From Emiliania huxleyi CCMP1516 (lineage: Eukaryota), in NCBI RefSeq assembly GCF_000372725.1, contig NW_005201286.1:124001-188000 (forward strand): 64,000 nt of DNA. The letters are read 5' to 3'. The stretch's first letter is position 1, and each line of letters begins with the position of its first letter. The translations under genes were made by a program, and so were the position numbers. Positions 22,481 to 32,785 of this stretch are shown here, one piece after another. The notes beneath the pieces are model-generated. The model saw only the letters and a list, made by a program, of their open reading frames with translations, was not told the origin of the DNA and made no database searches.

Positions 22481-25058
22481 ATGAGCAGCACGACGCACAC
22501 CGTCGCGGCGAGCGGCGGGCCGCAGGAGGTCCGCCTGGGCGAGGACGTGATGACGGTCCTGCCACTCGGCAGCGGCTGCGAGGTCGGCCGCTCTGCCGTC
22601 GTGGTCAAATTCAAGGGCTCGACCGTCATGTTTGACTGCGGCGTGCACCCGGGCCGCACCGGCTACGACGCGCTGCCCTTCTTCGACGAGATCGACCCGA
22701 CGGAGGTGGACCTGCTGCTGGTGACCCACTTCCACATGGACCACTGCGGCGCGCTCCCATTCTTCCTGCAAAAGACGGGCTTCGGCGGCCGCACCTTCAT
22801 GACGCACCCGACCAAGGCGGTGTGCAAGCTGCTGCTGCACGACTCGGTCAAGATCGGGCACGACGACGGCCGCATGTGGGACGAGGCCGACCTCGTCGCC
22901 GCCATGGACCGCATCGAGCTCATCAACTACCACCAGGCCGCCGTGCACTAGTGCCTCCCTTGGACACTCTGGTGGACACACCGTGGCGCCTCTTCGAGAC
23001 TCTGAACTCTCTCTCAGAGGCGGACACTAGTGCCACACTCGTAGGCACTCTGTGCGAGACGGCCGCCTGGGGGCACCGCCTCGGGTGCTGACTCCTAATC
23101 TAGCACCGACTCCAATGTAGCACCGACTCTGGCACAGATACGCAGGTGCTCTCGCACAAGTGCATCGGGAACCCTCCCCTACCAGCCCGGTACCCTACCC
23201 CCCCCTACCCCACCAGGTGCTCTCGCACAAGGGCATCCGGTTCTGGTGCTACAACGCGGGCCACGTGCTCGGCGCGGCTATGTTCATGATCGAGGTTGGT
23301 AATAATAATAATATAATAATAATAATAATAATAATAAGCGGCCATGTTCATGATCGAGGTTGGCGGCGTGCGCGTCCTCTACACCGGCGACTTCTCGCGC
23401 CAGCCCGACCGGCACCTGCTCGGCGACTTCCTAGACACTTCCGAGACACTTCGAACACTTCCGAGACACTTCCTAAACACTCCCTAGACACTTCCGAGAC
23501 ACTCCCGAGACACTTCAGAGACACTCCTGAGACACTTCCGAGACACTTCCGAGACACCCCCGAGACACCCCCGAGACACTTCCTAGCCCGGCCGCCGCTC
23601 GCTCGGCGTCGAGACGCCGACACATCCACCGCCCTTGCTTGGGCCGTCCGCGAACCCTGTCGGAACCTTCCTCCCGGTACCGTCCGGTCTGCGCACGTTC
23701 CGCGAACCTTCCGCGACCCTTCCGCGACCCTTCCGCGACCCTTCCGCGACCCTTCCGCGACCCTTCCGCGACCCTTCCGAGAACCTTCCGAGACCCTTCC
23801 GAGACCCTTCCGCGACCCTTCCGCGACCCTTCCCGCGGCAGGTGCCGAGACGCCGACGGACCCGCCGCATGTGCTCATCGTCGAGTCGACGTACGGGGTG
23901 TGCTGTCGCCTAGACACTTCCGAGACACTTCCTAGAGTCGACGTACGGGGTGTGCTGTCGCACGCGCGAGCTGCGAGAGCTGCGCTCGCCTAGGAGGTGT
24001 CTCGGAGGTGTCTCGGAAGTGTCTAGGTGATGTCGCACGAGCCGCGCGAGCTGCGAGAGCTGCGCTTCACCGCCGCCGTGCACGCGATCTTGCAGCGCGG
24101 TGGAAAGTGCCTCATCCCGGTCTTTGCGCTGGGGCGGTCGCAGGAGCTGCTGCTCATCCTCGACGCCTACTGGCGCGATCACCCCGAGCTGCACAAGGTG
24201 CCTCTGTACTATGCGTCTGGCATCGCCAAGCGCTGCATGCGCATCTACCAGACGTACATCAACATGATGAACGAGAACATCCGCGACGCACACGCGACGG
24301 GCCGCAACCCGTGGGAGTTTGAGTTTGTGCGCAACTTGCCCTCGTCTGCCCAGTTCAACGACTCGCAGCCGATGGTCGTGATGGCGTCGCCAGGCATGCT
24401 GCAGCAAGGCCTGTCTCGGGAGCTCTTTGAGCTTTGGTGCTCCGACCGGCGGAACGGGCTCGTAATGCCGGGCTACTCCGTCGTCGGCACGCTGGCCAAC
24501 CACCTCCTCTCCGAGCCAAAAGAGATCCAGACGAGCGGCGGCGACTGGGTCGCCGTCAACCTCACCATCACCTACGTGTCCTTCTCTGCGCACTCCGACT
24601 TTACGCAGACGTCCGAGTTCATCTCCGCCACGCGGCCACGCCACGTCATCCACGTGCACGGCGGCGAGGAGGAGATGAAGCGCCTCGCCCGCGCGCTCGC
24701 CAAGCAGTACAGCCCGAAGGAGGTCGAGTTCCTGACGCCTCAGAACTGCCAGCCCGTGCAGCTTCGCTTCCCGGGAGAGAAGATTGCGCGTGTCGTCGGC
24801 TCGCTGGCGGAGGAGGAGCCGTCGGACGGCGCGCCGCTCGAGGCGCTTCTCCTGCTCAAGGAGAACAAGTACACCCTGCTCGCCCCCGCGGACCTCCACA
24901 CGGCCACCGACCTCGCGACCACGCGGCTGCTGCAGCGGCCCCGCTTCCGGTTCGAGCGGCCGCCCGCCGCGCTCCTCTCGGCCGTCGGTCGTATCTTTGA
25001 GGTGGGGCCGCCGCAGCCAGCCCTGCTCCTCGCGGAGGGGGGAGGAGGCGGAGGTGGA

Positions 25059-25093
<35 letters not shown>

Positions 25094-25643
25094 AGAAGGA
25101 GGAGGAGGCGGCGGTGGTGGCGGAGGCGGGGCTGTCGAGACGGGAGGGGAGCAGGCGGGGGAGGAGGCGGCAGAGGAGGGCGGGCCTTCGGCGTTGGCAC
25201 GCCGGTGGCTGGTGCAGGGGCTGGTGGCGGTGGAGGTGTCGCCGGCGAGCAGCCTGGCGGTGCTGGAGTGGGAGGCGGACCCGATCGCCGACACAGTCGC
25301 TGACGCGGTGTCGGCGCTGCTGCTGCAGCTGCAGGCCCAGCAGTTGCCCGAGGTGGCGGCGGCGGAGGAGCCCGCGGGAGGCGGCGGCGGCGGCGAGGGA
25401 GGCGGCGGCGGCGCAGGGGGCGGGCTCGACTTCGCCTTGCGGGTGCTCGCAGAGCAGTTTGGCGCGGTGGAGGAGGAGGAGGCGGGCGGGGCAAGGCGGC
25501 TGCAGGTCGCCGGCCACGCTGTCCGGCTGCACGGCGCGTCGCTGCCGTTCGAGCGCATCGAGAGCGAGAGTGAGTTCGCGCTGCAGCGCGTGCGCGACGT
25601 GCTCGCGCGGGCGCTGGACGCTTGCCGGCCCGTGGCGGCGTGA
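22481..25643 (+). CDS. CPSF3: Cleavage and polyadenylation specificity factor 73 kDa subunit (MBL/beta-CASP endonuclease); predicted exons 22481-22936, 23217-23294, 23359-23422, 23842-23897, 24027-25643
   Basis: [65 protein letters not shown] and SFSAHSD motifs; C-terminal W...P.ADTVADAV motif. Confidence 0.95.
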
Positions 25644-25920
25644 TTCCGCGCCACTCTCGACATCTCGCGCGCCCACAGCGCAACGCAATGAACATTCGCC
25701 CCCTCCACACACCGGGAACCCTCGAGCTGCGTCCGTGCACCGTGGCGTACAGTCGATCATTCTCTTGGCGCTCGCGACACACTTTGTTTGGGTTAAAAAT
25801 CAGCCGACACGCGACACACACCGCGCAACACGTAGTAGCTATGACAGGGACCGCGGCCGCGGACCCGGCGGCGGACGGGGCTGGCGCGCAAGCGCCGGCC
25901 AGACCGTCGTGCCGCCGGGG

Positions 25921-26676
25921 ATGCGCAGCGGACGCTGGAATAGCTCCGATCGCGCGCAACTGGAGGACGCGGTGAGTGTCGCAAGGTTGTTCGGTGCGTC
26001 TTGTGTCAGGGTGATAAGGCCTGGCTACGCGACCATCGAGGTCGACCTGAAGCACGAGAAGGCCGCGGGCGACCGCGAGTCGGTGCAGGCGGCGGAGCGC
26101 TCGTACGTCGAGCGCACCGCGCCGAAGAAGAAGGAGCCCACCAAGGAGCAGCTCGCGGCTCGAGCCGCGGCACGCAAGGCCAAGAAGAACCGGCAGAAGG
26201 AGCGCCGGGCGACGGAGGCTGGCGAGCGCGCCGCGAGCGAGGCCGAGCGCGCGGAGGCCCCGCGGGCGCAGCTGCGCGAGAACATCCAGTACGTGATGGC
26301 CGGGCTGCGGTCTGCAGCTGCGCAGGCGCGCAGCCAGGCCGGGTCCAAAATGGGGGTCGAATACTCGCTGCCCCCGGAGAGGGACGACGGGTATCGACGC
26401 GGCCCCAGCAAGGTGTACGCCACAGTTCCCCAGGGGACCGTGGCGACGACCGTCGCCTCGGACTGGCTCGCGAACGAGCTGGCCGAGCACGGAGAGATCG
26501 ATGCGGCATACCGCGACCGCATAGTCATGCACCTGATGACGGCCGCCGGCGCCTCGGCGCCGGCCGACGCCGTGTTCAGGTTCACGGCTGGCGACGCGAT
26601 GCAGACCGAGGACGACGACGAGGACGCCGACCGCTCCGAGGATTATTCCGACGACGGGAGGGCGTCCGACTTGTAG
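25921..26676 (+). CDS. Hypothetical basic/coiled-coil protein, possibly carried by a retroposed element ending at ~27002
   Basis: Intronless 251-aa ORF with coding-like codon use; its downstream region ends in a repeated module with a (TTACC)n tail. Confidence 0.55.
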   Translation: MRSGRWNSSDRAQLEDAVSVARLFGASCVRVIRPGYATIEVDLKHEKAAGDRESVQAAERSYVERTAPKKKEPTKEQLAARAAARKAKKNRQKERRATEAGERAASEAERAEAPRAQLRENIQYVMAGLRSAAAQARSQAGSKMGVEYSLPPERDDGYRRGPSKVYATVPQGTVATTVASDWLANELAEHGEIDAAYRDRIVMHLMTAAGASAPADAVFRFTAGDAMQTEDDDEDADRSEDYSDDGRASDL

Positions 26677-26871
26677 CTGGCCTCACCCATATCTTACCCT
26701 CTGCCCCCCCTCCTGCTACCCCCCAGGCTAGATGGTCACAGATAGCCCCACACAGCCCCTTACCCCTTCACCCTCGCCTCGCTGGTGTTTCTGAACACGT
26801 AGACGACCACGCTGTGGGGGTTGTGTTATAGGAGTAGGAGAGTGGGGTGCAGGTTGCTCACCCACGGCACC

Positions 26872-27002
26872 GGGCCGGTGCTTGCACTTTGAATGCCGTG
26901 GGGCTCCTGCCCGTGTCCCGGGCGTGGAGATGCGAGGGTCGCCCCCCCTTGCCCCACCACTTTGTGTGTGTGGAGACGTTTACCTTACCTTACCTTACCT
27001 TA
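26872..27002 (+). mobile_element. Retroelement-like 3' module with (TTACC)n tail
   Basis: ~130 bp similar to the reverse complement of 32786-32916; both end in ttacc repeats. Confidence 0.7.
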
Positions 27003-27112
27003 AGCTAGCGAGTGGCACAGGACTCACACACGCTCGGACTCAACACACGCTCGGACCCTCGGTGCTCGGACAGTGCGACACTCACTCACGGTGTGTGACT
27101 CACACTGGACAC

Positions 27113-28750
27113 TCACTGCCGCTTCTTGGCGCGGTCCTCGGCTGCCGCGCTTCCTCTCTTGCAGCAGCGCCCGCAGAAGCAGCGGCCGACGCAGCAACAC
27201 GCCAGGAGCGTGAGCGAGATTGCGCCGACGCATATCGCCAGACTGAGCCATTGCACCAGGTCCTGCGGCTCTAGAAAGAATGGATCGACCTCATTCATCT
27301 TGGCGTGGACCTCGGCGTCCGGCTTCACGTACGTCCCCTCTGCGGCGGCCTCGATGATCTCTAGGGCCCGAGGCAAGCCCCCGTAGGTACGGAGGGTCTC
27401 GCCCGCAGCCTTTGAGGCCGCGGCGAACGTCGGGTCATGCAGCAACAGCTTCGTGCTCTCGACGAGATTTGAGAAGTCCTCCTCCAATATCACTCCGGCG
27501 CCGGCCTCCTGAAGCATCCGCGCGTTGGTGAACTGGTCCTGCATCCCAGGGTATCCTAAGACGGGGATACCGGCTCTGATGGTGTCTGTCACGCCGCCCC
27601 AGCCGCAGTGCGAAAGAAATATCTTCACGGCGGCGTGCTGCAGGACCTCCGGCTGGGGCGTGAACTTGTCGATTCGCACGAGCTCGCCCTGTGCAGGCAG
27701 GTACGCACGGAGCGTCTCCTGCTGAGACGCCCTCAGCGACCACAGGAAGCGAACGCCGAGTGAAGTCGCCATCTCGTCGAGCAGCGCACTCAGCCTCGTG
27801 CAGGTATTCTCGTGAAGCTCGTACTTGGTGCCCATCGACACGTACACGACTGGAGCTCCCGCGTCGCGAGCGGCGTCGAGCCAGCCGAGCATGCCTGCTG
27901 GGATAACATCCGGCTGGGGCCGGTCTATCACGCCCAGCACGTGGATATTCTCCTTCAGCTCGACATTGTGGCTGAGAGGAGGACCGCCGAGCAGCATCAG
28001 CGAAGGCGCGCTCGTGATCATTTGGAGCAGGCCATCTCCCATGCTCAGACCTCGGGCGTCAAACAGAGCGCGCATCTCGCGGTCGGCAAAGACCATGTAT
28101 GTCTGCAGGAAGCGGCACACCATGTGGTTCTTCACGCGCGCCACTAGAGACTGCTTCAGCTCGGTGACCGGAGGCGGCTTCATGTAGTTGGGATATCGGC
28201 AGACCCGATCGTCATCATGCTCGAGGAACAGAGGCAGTGGCGGAACCGAGAAGTAGCTTACCCATGGGATTCCAGACGCCGCTACGACGGGGACGCTACC
28301 GAAAGATGCCGCGTGGAGGAGCACCGCATCGACCCCCGCACGTGCGAGCCACGGACCCAGCTCGTCATGCATGCTAAACATCGGCACGTCGAGCGTCGAT
28401 CGGTAGGTTGAAAGCACCTTTGCGAAGAGGAGTGGCTTCTTGTACCACGGCAGGTTTTTGAAGTCGTACTCGGGGCCACTGAACAGCGTGTCAAAAGCCC
28501 AGTCCTCTGTCCCGAGGAAGACCATCGTGGCCGAGCCCACGCCTTTGGGGAAGTAGGACCTATGCTCCGTAGTGTTTGGCACCACGAAAGAGACATCGTG
28601 GCCATGCTCGAGCAGGCCCTCGATCAGCGGGACGACGGTGAGGTGGTGGCTCCTCATCATGCCGCCAAAGACCGCGACGTGCTTGCCCGCTGCGGCCAGC
28701 GCCAAAACGCTGAACATCGTCAAGCAGTAGAGAGGGCCGGGCGCAGCCAT
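27113..28750 (-). CDS. UDP-glycosyltransferase (GT1, UDPGT family), ER-membrane type
   Basis: Signal peptide, catalytic-His region RSHH, VVYVSMGT, FTPQPEVLQH...FLSHCGWGG...DQFTNA signature, C-terminal TM and KKRQ end. Confidence 0.93.
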   Translation of the reverse strand: MAAPGPLYCLTMFSVLALAAAGKHVAVFGGMMRSHHLTVVPLIEGLLEHGHDVSFVVPNTTEHRSYFPKGVGSATMVFLGTEDWAFDTLFSGPEYDFKNLPWYKKPLLFAKVLSTYRSTLDVPMFSMHDELGPWLARAGVDAVLLHAASFGSVPVVAASGIPWVSYFSVPPLPLFLEHDDDRVCRYPNYMKPPPVTELKQSLVARVKNHMVCRFLQTYMVFADREMRALFDARGLSMGDGLLQMITSAPSLMLLGGPPLSHNVELKENIHVLGVIDRPQPDVIPAGMLGWLDAARDAGAPVVYVSMGTKYELHENTCTRLSALLDEMATSLGVRFLWSLRASQQETLRAYLPAQGELVRIDKFTPQPEVLQHAAVKIFLSHCGWGGVTDTIRAGIPVLGYPGMQDQFTNARMLQEAGAGVILEEDFSNLVESTKLLLHDPTFAAASKAAGETLRTYGGLPRALEIIEAAAEGTYVKPDAEVHAKMNEVDPFFLEPQDLVQWLSLAICVGAISLTLLACCCVGRCFCGRCCKRGSAAAEDRAKKRQ

Positions 28751-29106
28751 TGTGATCAGGGCGAGTGATCAGGCGAGGCCAACGCGAGCGAGTCGTCCCG
28801 CGCAAGGCGCGATAGACAGATATTTTCTTCTCTTTAACACGGCTGTGAACAGTGAAGTCGCTGGGACGACGCGGTTTTTTATCAGCCCACTCTTTCCTTT
28901 GCACCTGATGCTACAGGGGGCCGCTGGCAGCGAAATGACATCTCCCCGTGGGAGGGAGCCCATCGCACCACCAGGTGGAAGAGAAGAAGGTAGTAGCAAG
29001 GTGCACCGGATAAAGCACGCGTCACGTACACAACAGCAACTCACTGACCCAGCTCTATGCATAGCTCGCAGAATCAGAAGGGGTGAACACACGTCGCACA
29101 AACGAA

Positions 29107-29835
29107 TCAGAAGCATTGGGACACCTCGACATTCACGGGGTACCGACCCGTGGCGTCGGTACCGCCGGAGCACACCACGCCGGGCAGGCGGCAGGGGAGC
29201 CATGGGTACGCCTCCTCCGGCGGTTGGGGAGGGGGCGGTGAGGATGGGCTCAGTCTCGAGATTGCGACCCAGTGGGGTGCCGGAGGCGGCGAGGAGGAGG
29301 TCTTGGCGGGCGGAAGCTCTCCTTTCACCAGGCCGCCGGTGAGGGCAGAGGCGGACATGGTGGAGGCGGGGACGTCGGCAGAGACGGCGATGGCGCCTGC
29401 GGCGATGGCGGAGGCGAGAGCGGCCGAGGGAGAGACGGCCAATGGCGTCGCAGCTGTGTTGGCCGGAGGAGGCTGCGCTTTGGTAGAATTTGTCGGCCGC
29501 TTCGGTTGCTGTTTGGGAGACGCATCGAAGCTCGGTAGTGGGGGCATTTGCAGTTGAGGCATTTGCGGCTCTGGAAGCTGCGGACCTCTGAGCTCTGGCA
29601 AAGAAAATTCCTGGAAGTGCGGCATGCCAAAGTCTGGCATGAGCTCCTCCCGGATCCGTGCTGTCACCCGCGACGCCTTTGGTCCGAGGCCTGCCTCTGG
29701 CGGAAAACTACCCGGCATCGCACGGCCTGCGGCAGCACTCCGCGCGAGGACCAGCACGACGGTCAGCGAGAGCGTCAAAGCGACGGAGCACGAGACGACA
29801 CGCGCACGCGACGGCGAGGGCTGAAGAGCGATCAT
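29107..29835 (-). CDS. Hypothetical Pro/Ala-rich protein with an N-terminal hydrophobic segment
   Basis: VVSCSVALTLSLTVVLVLA; low complexity; 3' end uncertain. Confidence 0.4.
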   Translation of the reverse strand: MIALQPSPSRARVVSCSVALTLSLTVVLVLARSAAAGRAMPGSFPPEAGLGPKASRVTARIREELMPDFGMPHFQEFSLPELRGPQLPEPQMPQLQMPPLPSFDASPKQQPKRPTNSTKAQPPPANTAATPLAVSPSAALASAIAAGAIAVSADVPASTMSASALTGGLVKGELPPAKTSSSPPPAPHWVAISRLSPSSPPPPQPPEEAYPWLPCRLPGVVCSGGTDATGRYPVNVEVSQCF

Positions 29836-29957
29836 TGGCGGCGCAAGAGAGCAGGAAGGCAGCTCTCGAGGCCGACCTAGTCGTAGCCGATTGCATATTC
29901 CGCAGGCCCGATTTCCGTCCCCTCCATTTCTTTTCTCTCTGGGAGAGCGGCTTAGTC

Positions 29958-29993
29958 CCTGGCTGTTCTTCACCTTTCTACCTACCTACCTAC
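29958..29993 (+). repeat. Short 3'-end copy of the (CTAC)n-tailed repeat family
   Basis: cctggctgttcttcacctttctacctacctac is the reverse complement of the sequence at ~63535-63566. Confidence 0.75.
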
Positions 29994-30019
29994 GTCCGGC
30001 CGTGCCCCGCGGGGGCGCG

Positions 30020-30395
30020 GTCGGCACCAGAAGGGGGTTGATACGTTCTCTAGAGACGACGTAGTCGTGGACGGCCGCAATCACAGTGGACGGACACGAC
30101 GAGACGAGTGTGAAAGCACGGAGGCAACAAAACACACTAGGGTTCGGGAGAAGGCTAGGGTTAGGGAGAGAGTGCCTGACGGGCTTCGGCCCGACGTCCC
30201 CCCCCTCGACTTAGTCGAGTAACGACATAGTCGAGTAACCGTGCACTCTCGGATCACGATGCGTTAGGGAACGTGATATTCATGACCGGAGATTTGATGT
30301 TCATGATCTTGTCACGAAGTTCGAAGAACCGTTTGGGCTTGAGGGGCTTCGTGAAGAAGTCGGCGAGGTTGGCGTCGCTACGCACGAAGGGGTAG
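30020..30395 (-). mobile_element. Ty1/copia remnant: RNase H C-terminus, PPT and ~176-bp 3' LTR
   Basis: Minus-strand PFVRSDANLADFFTKPL...FFELRDKIMN (ADxxTK motif), stop at 30254, G-tract PPT at ~30197-30206, LTR 30020-30195 bounded by gtcgg...ccgac. Confidence 0.85.
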
Positions 30396-31135
30396 TCGTC
30401 ACACCCTACTGCCTCGAAAGGGCGGGGCTGTCCCGGAAAGTGAGAAACGCCGGGCAGCGTGACGCACAACTTTACCCTCCCATACTTACGTGTTTGAGGC
30501 TTCCTGCTTCGCTGTCCCCCGCATCTCCTCATCTCTTTCCCGCCTGGGCGCGGGGCGGCGGGCGGGCGCGCGGTGCGGAGCGGCGTGTGCGTGTGTGTGA
30601 CTGCGACAAGTGTGACTGCGACACGGGACCACAGGGCCGAGCGTTTTTGATCTCTCGGTAAGTGGGGGGCCGAGCCGCCTCGGGGTGGCGGGCGGGCGGG
30701 CGTGTTGAAAAACAGAAAACAGAAAACAAGAGGGGGCCCGGGGGCCCAGGCCCCCCACTGGGAGTAGAAAATACGCCCAGGGGGGCCAAGGAGGCGGCGC
30801 GGGGAAGCAGCATCAGGTGAGAGCAGGAAGGATGGCGCTTAGGGTCGGATTTGAACAAGGGTTTCCAGGTTTTAGATCAGTATTGTGTCGGCACACATCC
30901 CCACATGAGGTCAGCGGCGCGCAGCTATCCTAATAGTTGAGGTTAGTGTCCCGCACAAAAAAACTGTTCCTCAGTGTTACGAAAAAGGGAGCTACCTGTT
31001 CCGGCGACAGTAGGGACTCGGGCCTGATCCCGCACAAAACATCTCCACACTCTCCCCTCTCCTCTATGACACGCCTCTCCGACCCGTGGAATAGCACACA
31101 TATTACAATAACGATCGTGATAAGCATAATAGTGT

Positions 31136-31214
31136 TAGTGTTAGTTAGTTAGGAAGGTGAAGAACAGCCAGGCTCGGACTGGACACCAACGCGGTATGGG
31201 TGGACGCTAGACAG
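31136..31214 (-). repeat. Dispersed 61-bp module plus tetranucleotide tail
   Basis: 31154-31214 is identical to 63548-63608; adjacent (ttag)n here versus (tagg)n there. Confidence 0.9.
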
Positions 31215-31437
31215 CATATATGCCTTGGATATTGTGTGTTTCTTTTGCAACCTTGTATTTTAAGAACTCTTTTGCAACCTTGTTTTTTTGGCGGGATCGT
31301 GTGTGGCATGTGCGCATGTGGAGGCTCCAATGCGCAATATGGGGGCCATTTATGTACTTTTACTTAGTACGGTAGCCCGGAATCGGTCGCACAGCCCCGC
31401 CGCAAGCACTAGAAACGGTGAACAATTAATTCAAGCC

Positions 31438-32480
31438 TCATGAGCCCGACAGCAGGCCTGCGGCGAGGAAAGCGGGGATCGAGTGCTCCTCCTCCAAGAA
31501 GCGCCTGACGCGCGGGTCGCCCAGCAAGTCGGCGGCAAGCGGCGACTCGAGCATCTCGAAGTCGCCTTGCGGCGTGCGCCGGAAGCGGAGCACGCCGCGC
31601 GCCCCGAGGTGGAGATGGTAGCACGAGCCCTCGTGCAGGTCGACGCGGTATCCCATCAGGGACTGGACCGCCTGCGAGTGGGAGGGAGGGGCGGGGAGCA
31701 CGTGAGACGGCGGCGAGAGCCGAGGCGATTGCCAGCAGCCGCACCTTCCGGAACTCCTCAATCTTGGCCTTAAACACGGACGCGAGGCGCCTGTGGAGCG
31801 ACTCACGGGCGCGTCAGAGGGCGGGTCGTGGATTGGTCCCTCCTCGCGAGCGGCACGCGCGTATTCTGCTTTGCCACGGTGGCGAGCTGCGCCCGCAGCG
31901 CGTCGATCTCCTCCGGCGGCGCATCCCGCACGCCACCGCCCTGGCCGCACGCAGGTTCGCGCACAGCCGCCGCCGCCACTGCCGCAGCCGCCGTCGCCGC
32001 TGCCGTCACCGCTGCCGCCGCCGCCGTCGCCGCGGGGTTCTGCCGCATGTGCAGCACTTTTGCAAGCGCAGAGGCAGGAGGCTCGCCACTCGATGTGCCC
32101 TGTGGTGGAGGTGGCTGCTGAGGCGGCGGCGGCAGAGGAGGAGGCGGCGGCGGCGGTGGCGGTGATGGCGGCGGCAGCGGCGCGGCGAAACGTGACGATT
32201 CGTGCGCATGCACAAGACCGTCGATTCCGCGCGTTTCGGCCAGGACTCGAGCGCGGCAGTCGGCGAGCCGACGCAAGCCTTGCTCCAGCTGCAGATCATG
32301 CGCTTGAGGCTCGAGGCTCGCCTGCTGGAGGGAGGACTGCGCCGCAGCGAGCTGCGAGTCTAGCCCGTCGAGCTGGCTGCGCAGCGCGAGCAGGTGGCGC
32401 GATGCCTCCTCGCGGATCTCGCCCAAGCGCTCAACGACTGAGCGAGCGGTGGCTTCGATGCCGTTGGTTATAAGCGACAT
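31438..32480 (-). CDS. Short protein with a MAD1 C-terminal domain; predicted exons 32480-31861, 31790-31745, 31671-31438
   Basis: The spliced product RLASVFKAKIEEFRKAVQSLMGYRVD...EMLES...SIPAFLA matches the MAD1 pattern RLKEVF...EFR...L.GY..D...SIPAFL. Confidence 0.8.
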
Positions 32481-32785
32481 GAGCACATATGGCGGCGCGC
32501 AAAGAAAAACCACCAGTATTCGCTCGACGGATCTTCTTGGGCGGGTGTTCCGGTGGGGGGGGGAGGACTACCTCGTCAACGACATTCACCAGGACCGACA
32601 CCGTCGGGGGGGCAGGCGATGATGGCATACACACGCCTGCTGTGTGTGAAGAGGCGAGTGGCGTCGGCGGGCCCGTTGTCCGAACACAACTCGGCCTTCG
32701 ATATTCGGGCAGTGCGGGAGTGGATCGAGGGAGATCGGGCGAATGAGGAAGCGACGCGACTGATGCACAGCCTACGACCTAGCGA

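Noticed and set aside
23430..23830. Regular short repeats as a possible CRISPR array
   Set aside because: Contiguous 11-nt units with no unique spacers, inside a eukaryotic intron; no cas genes.
24740..26532. Long antisense and alternative-frame ORFs (here and throughout, e.g. 2059-3426, 60932-62434)
   Set aside because: Arg/Pro/Ala-rich shadows of real genes, expected at this GC content.
30137..30165. TTAGGG-like motifs as telomeric sequence
   Set aside because: Only one or two units, inside an LTR.
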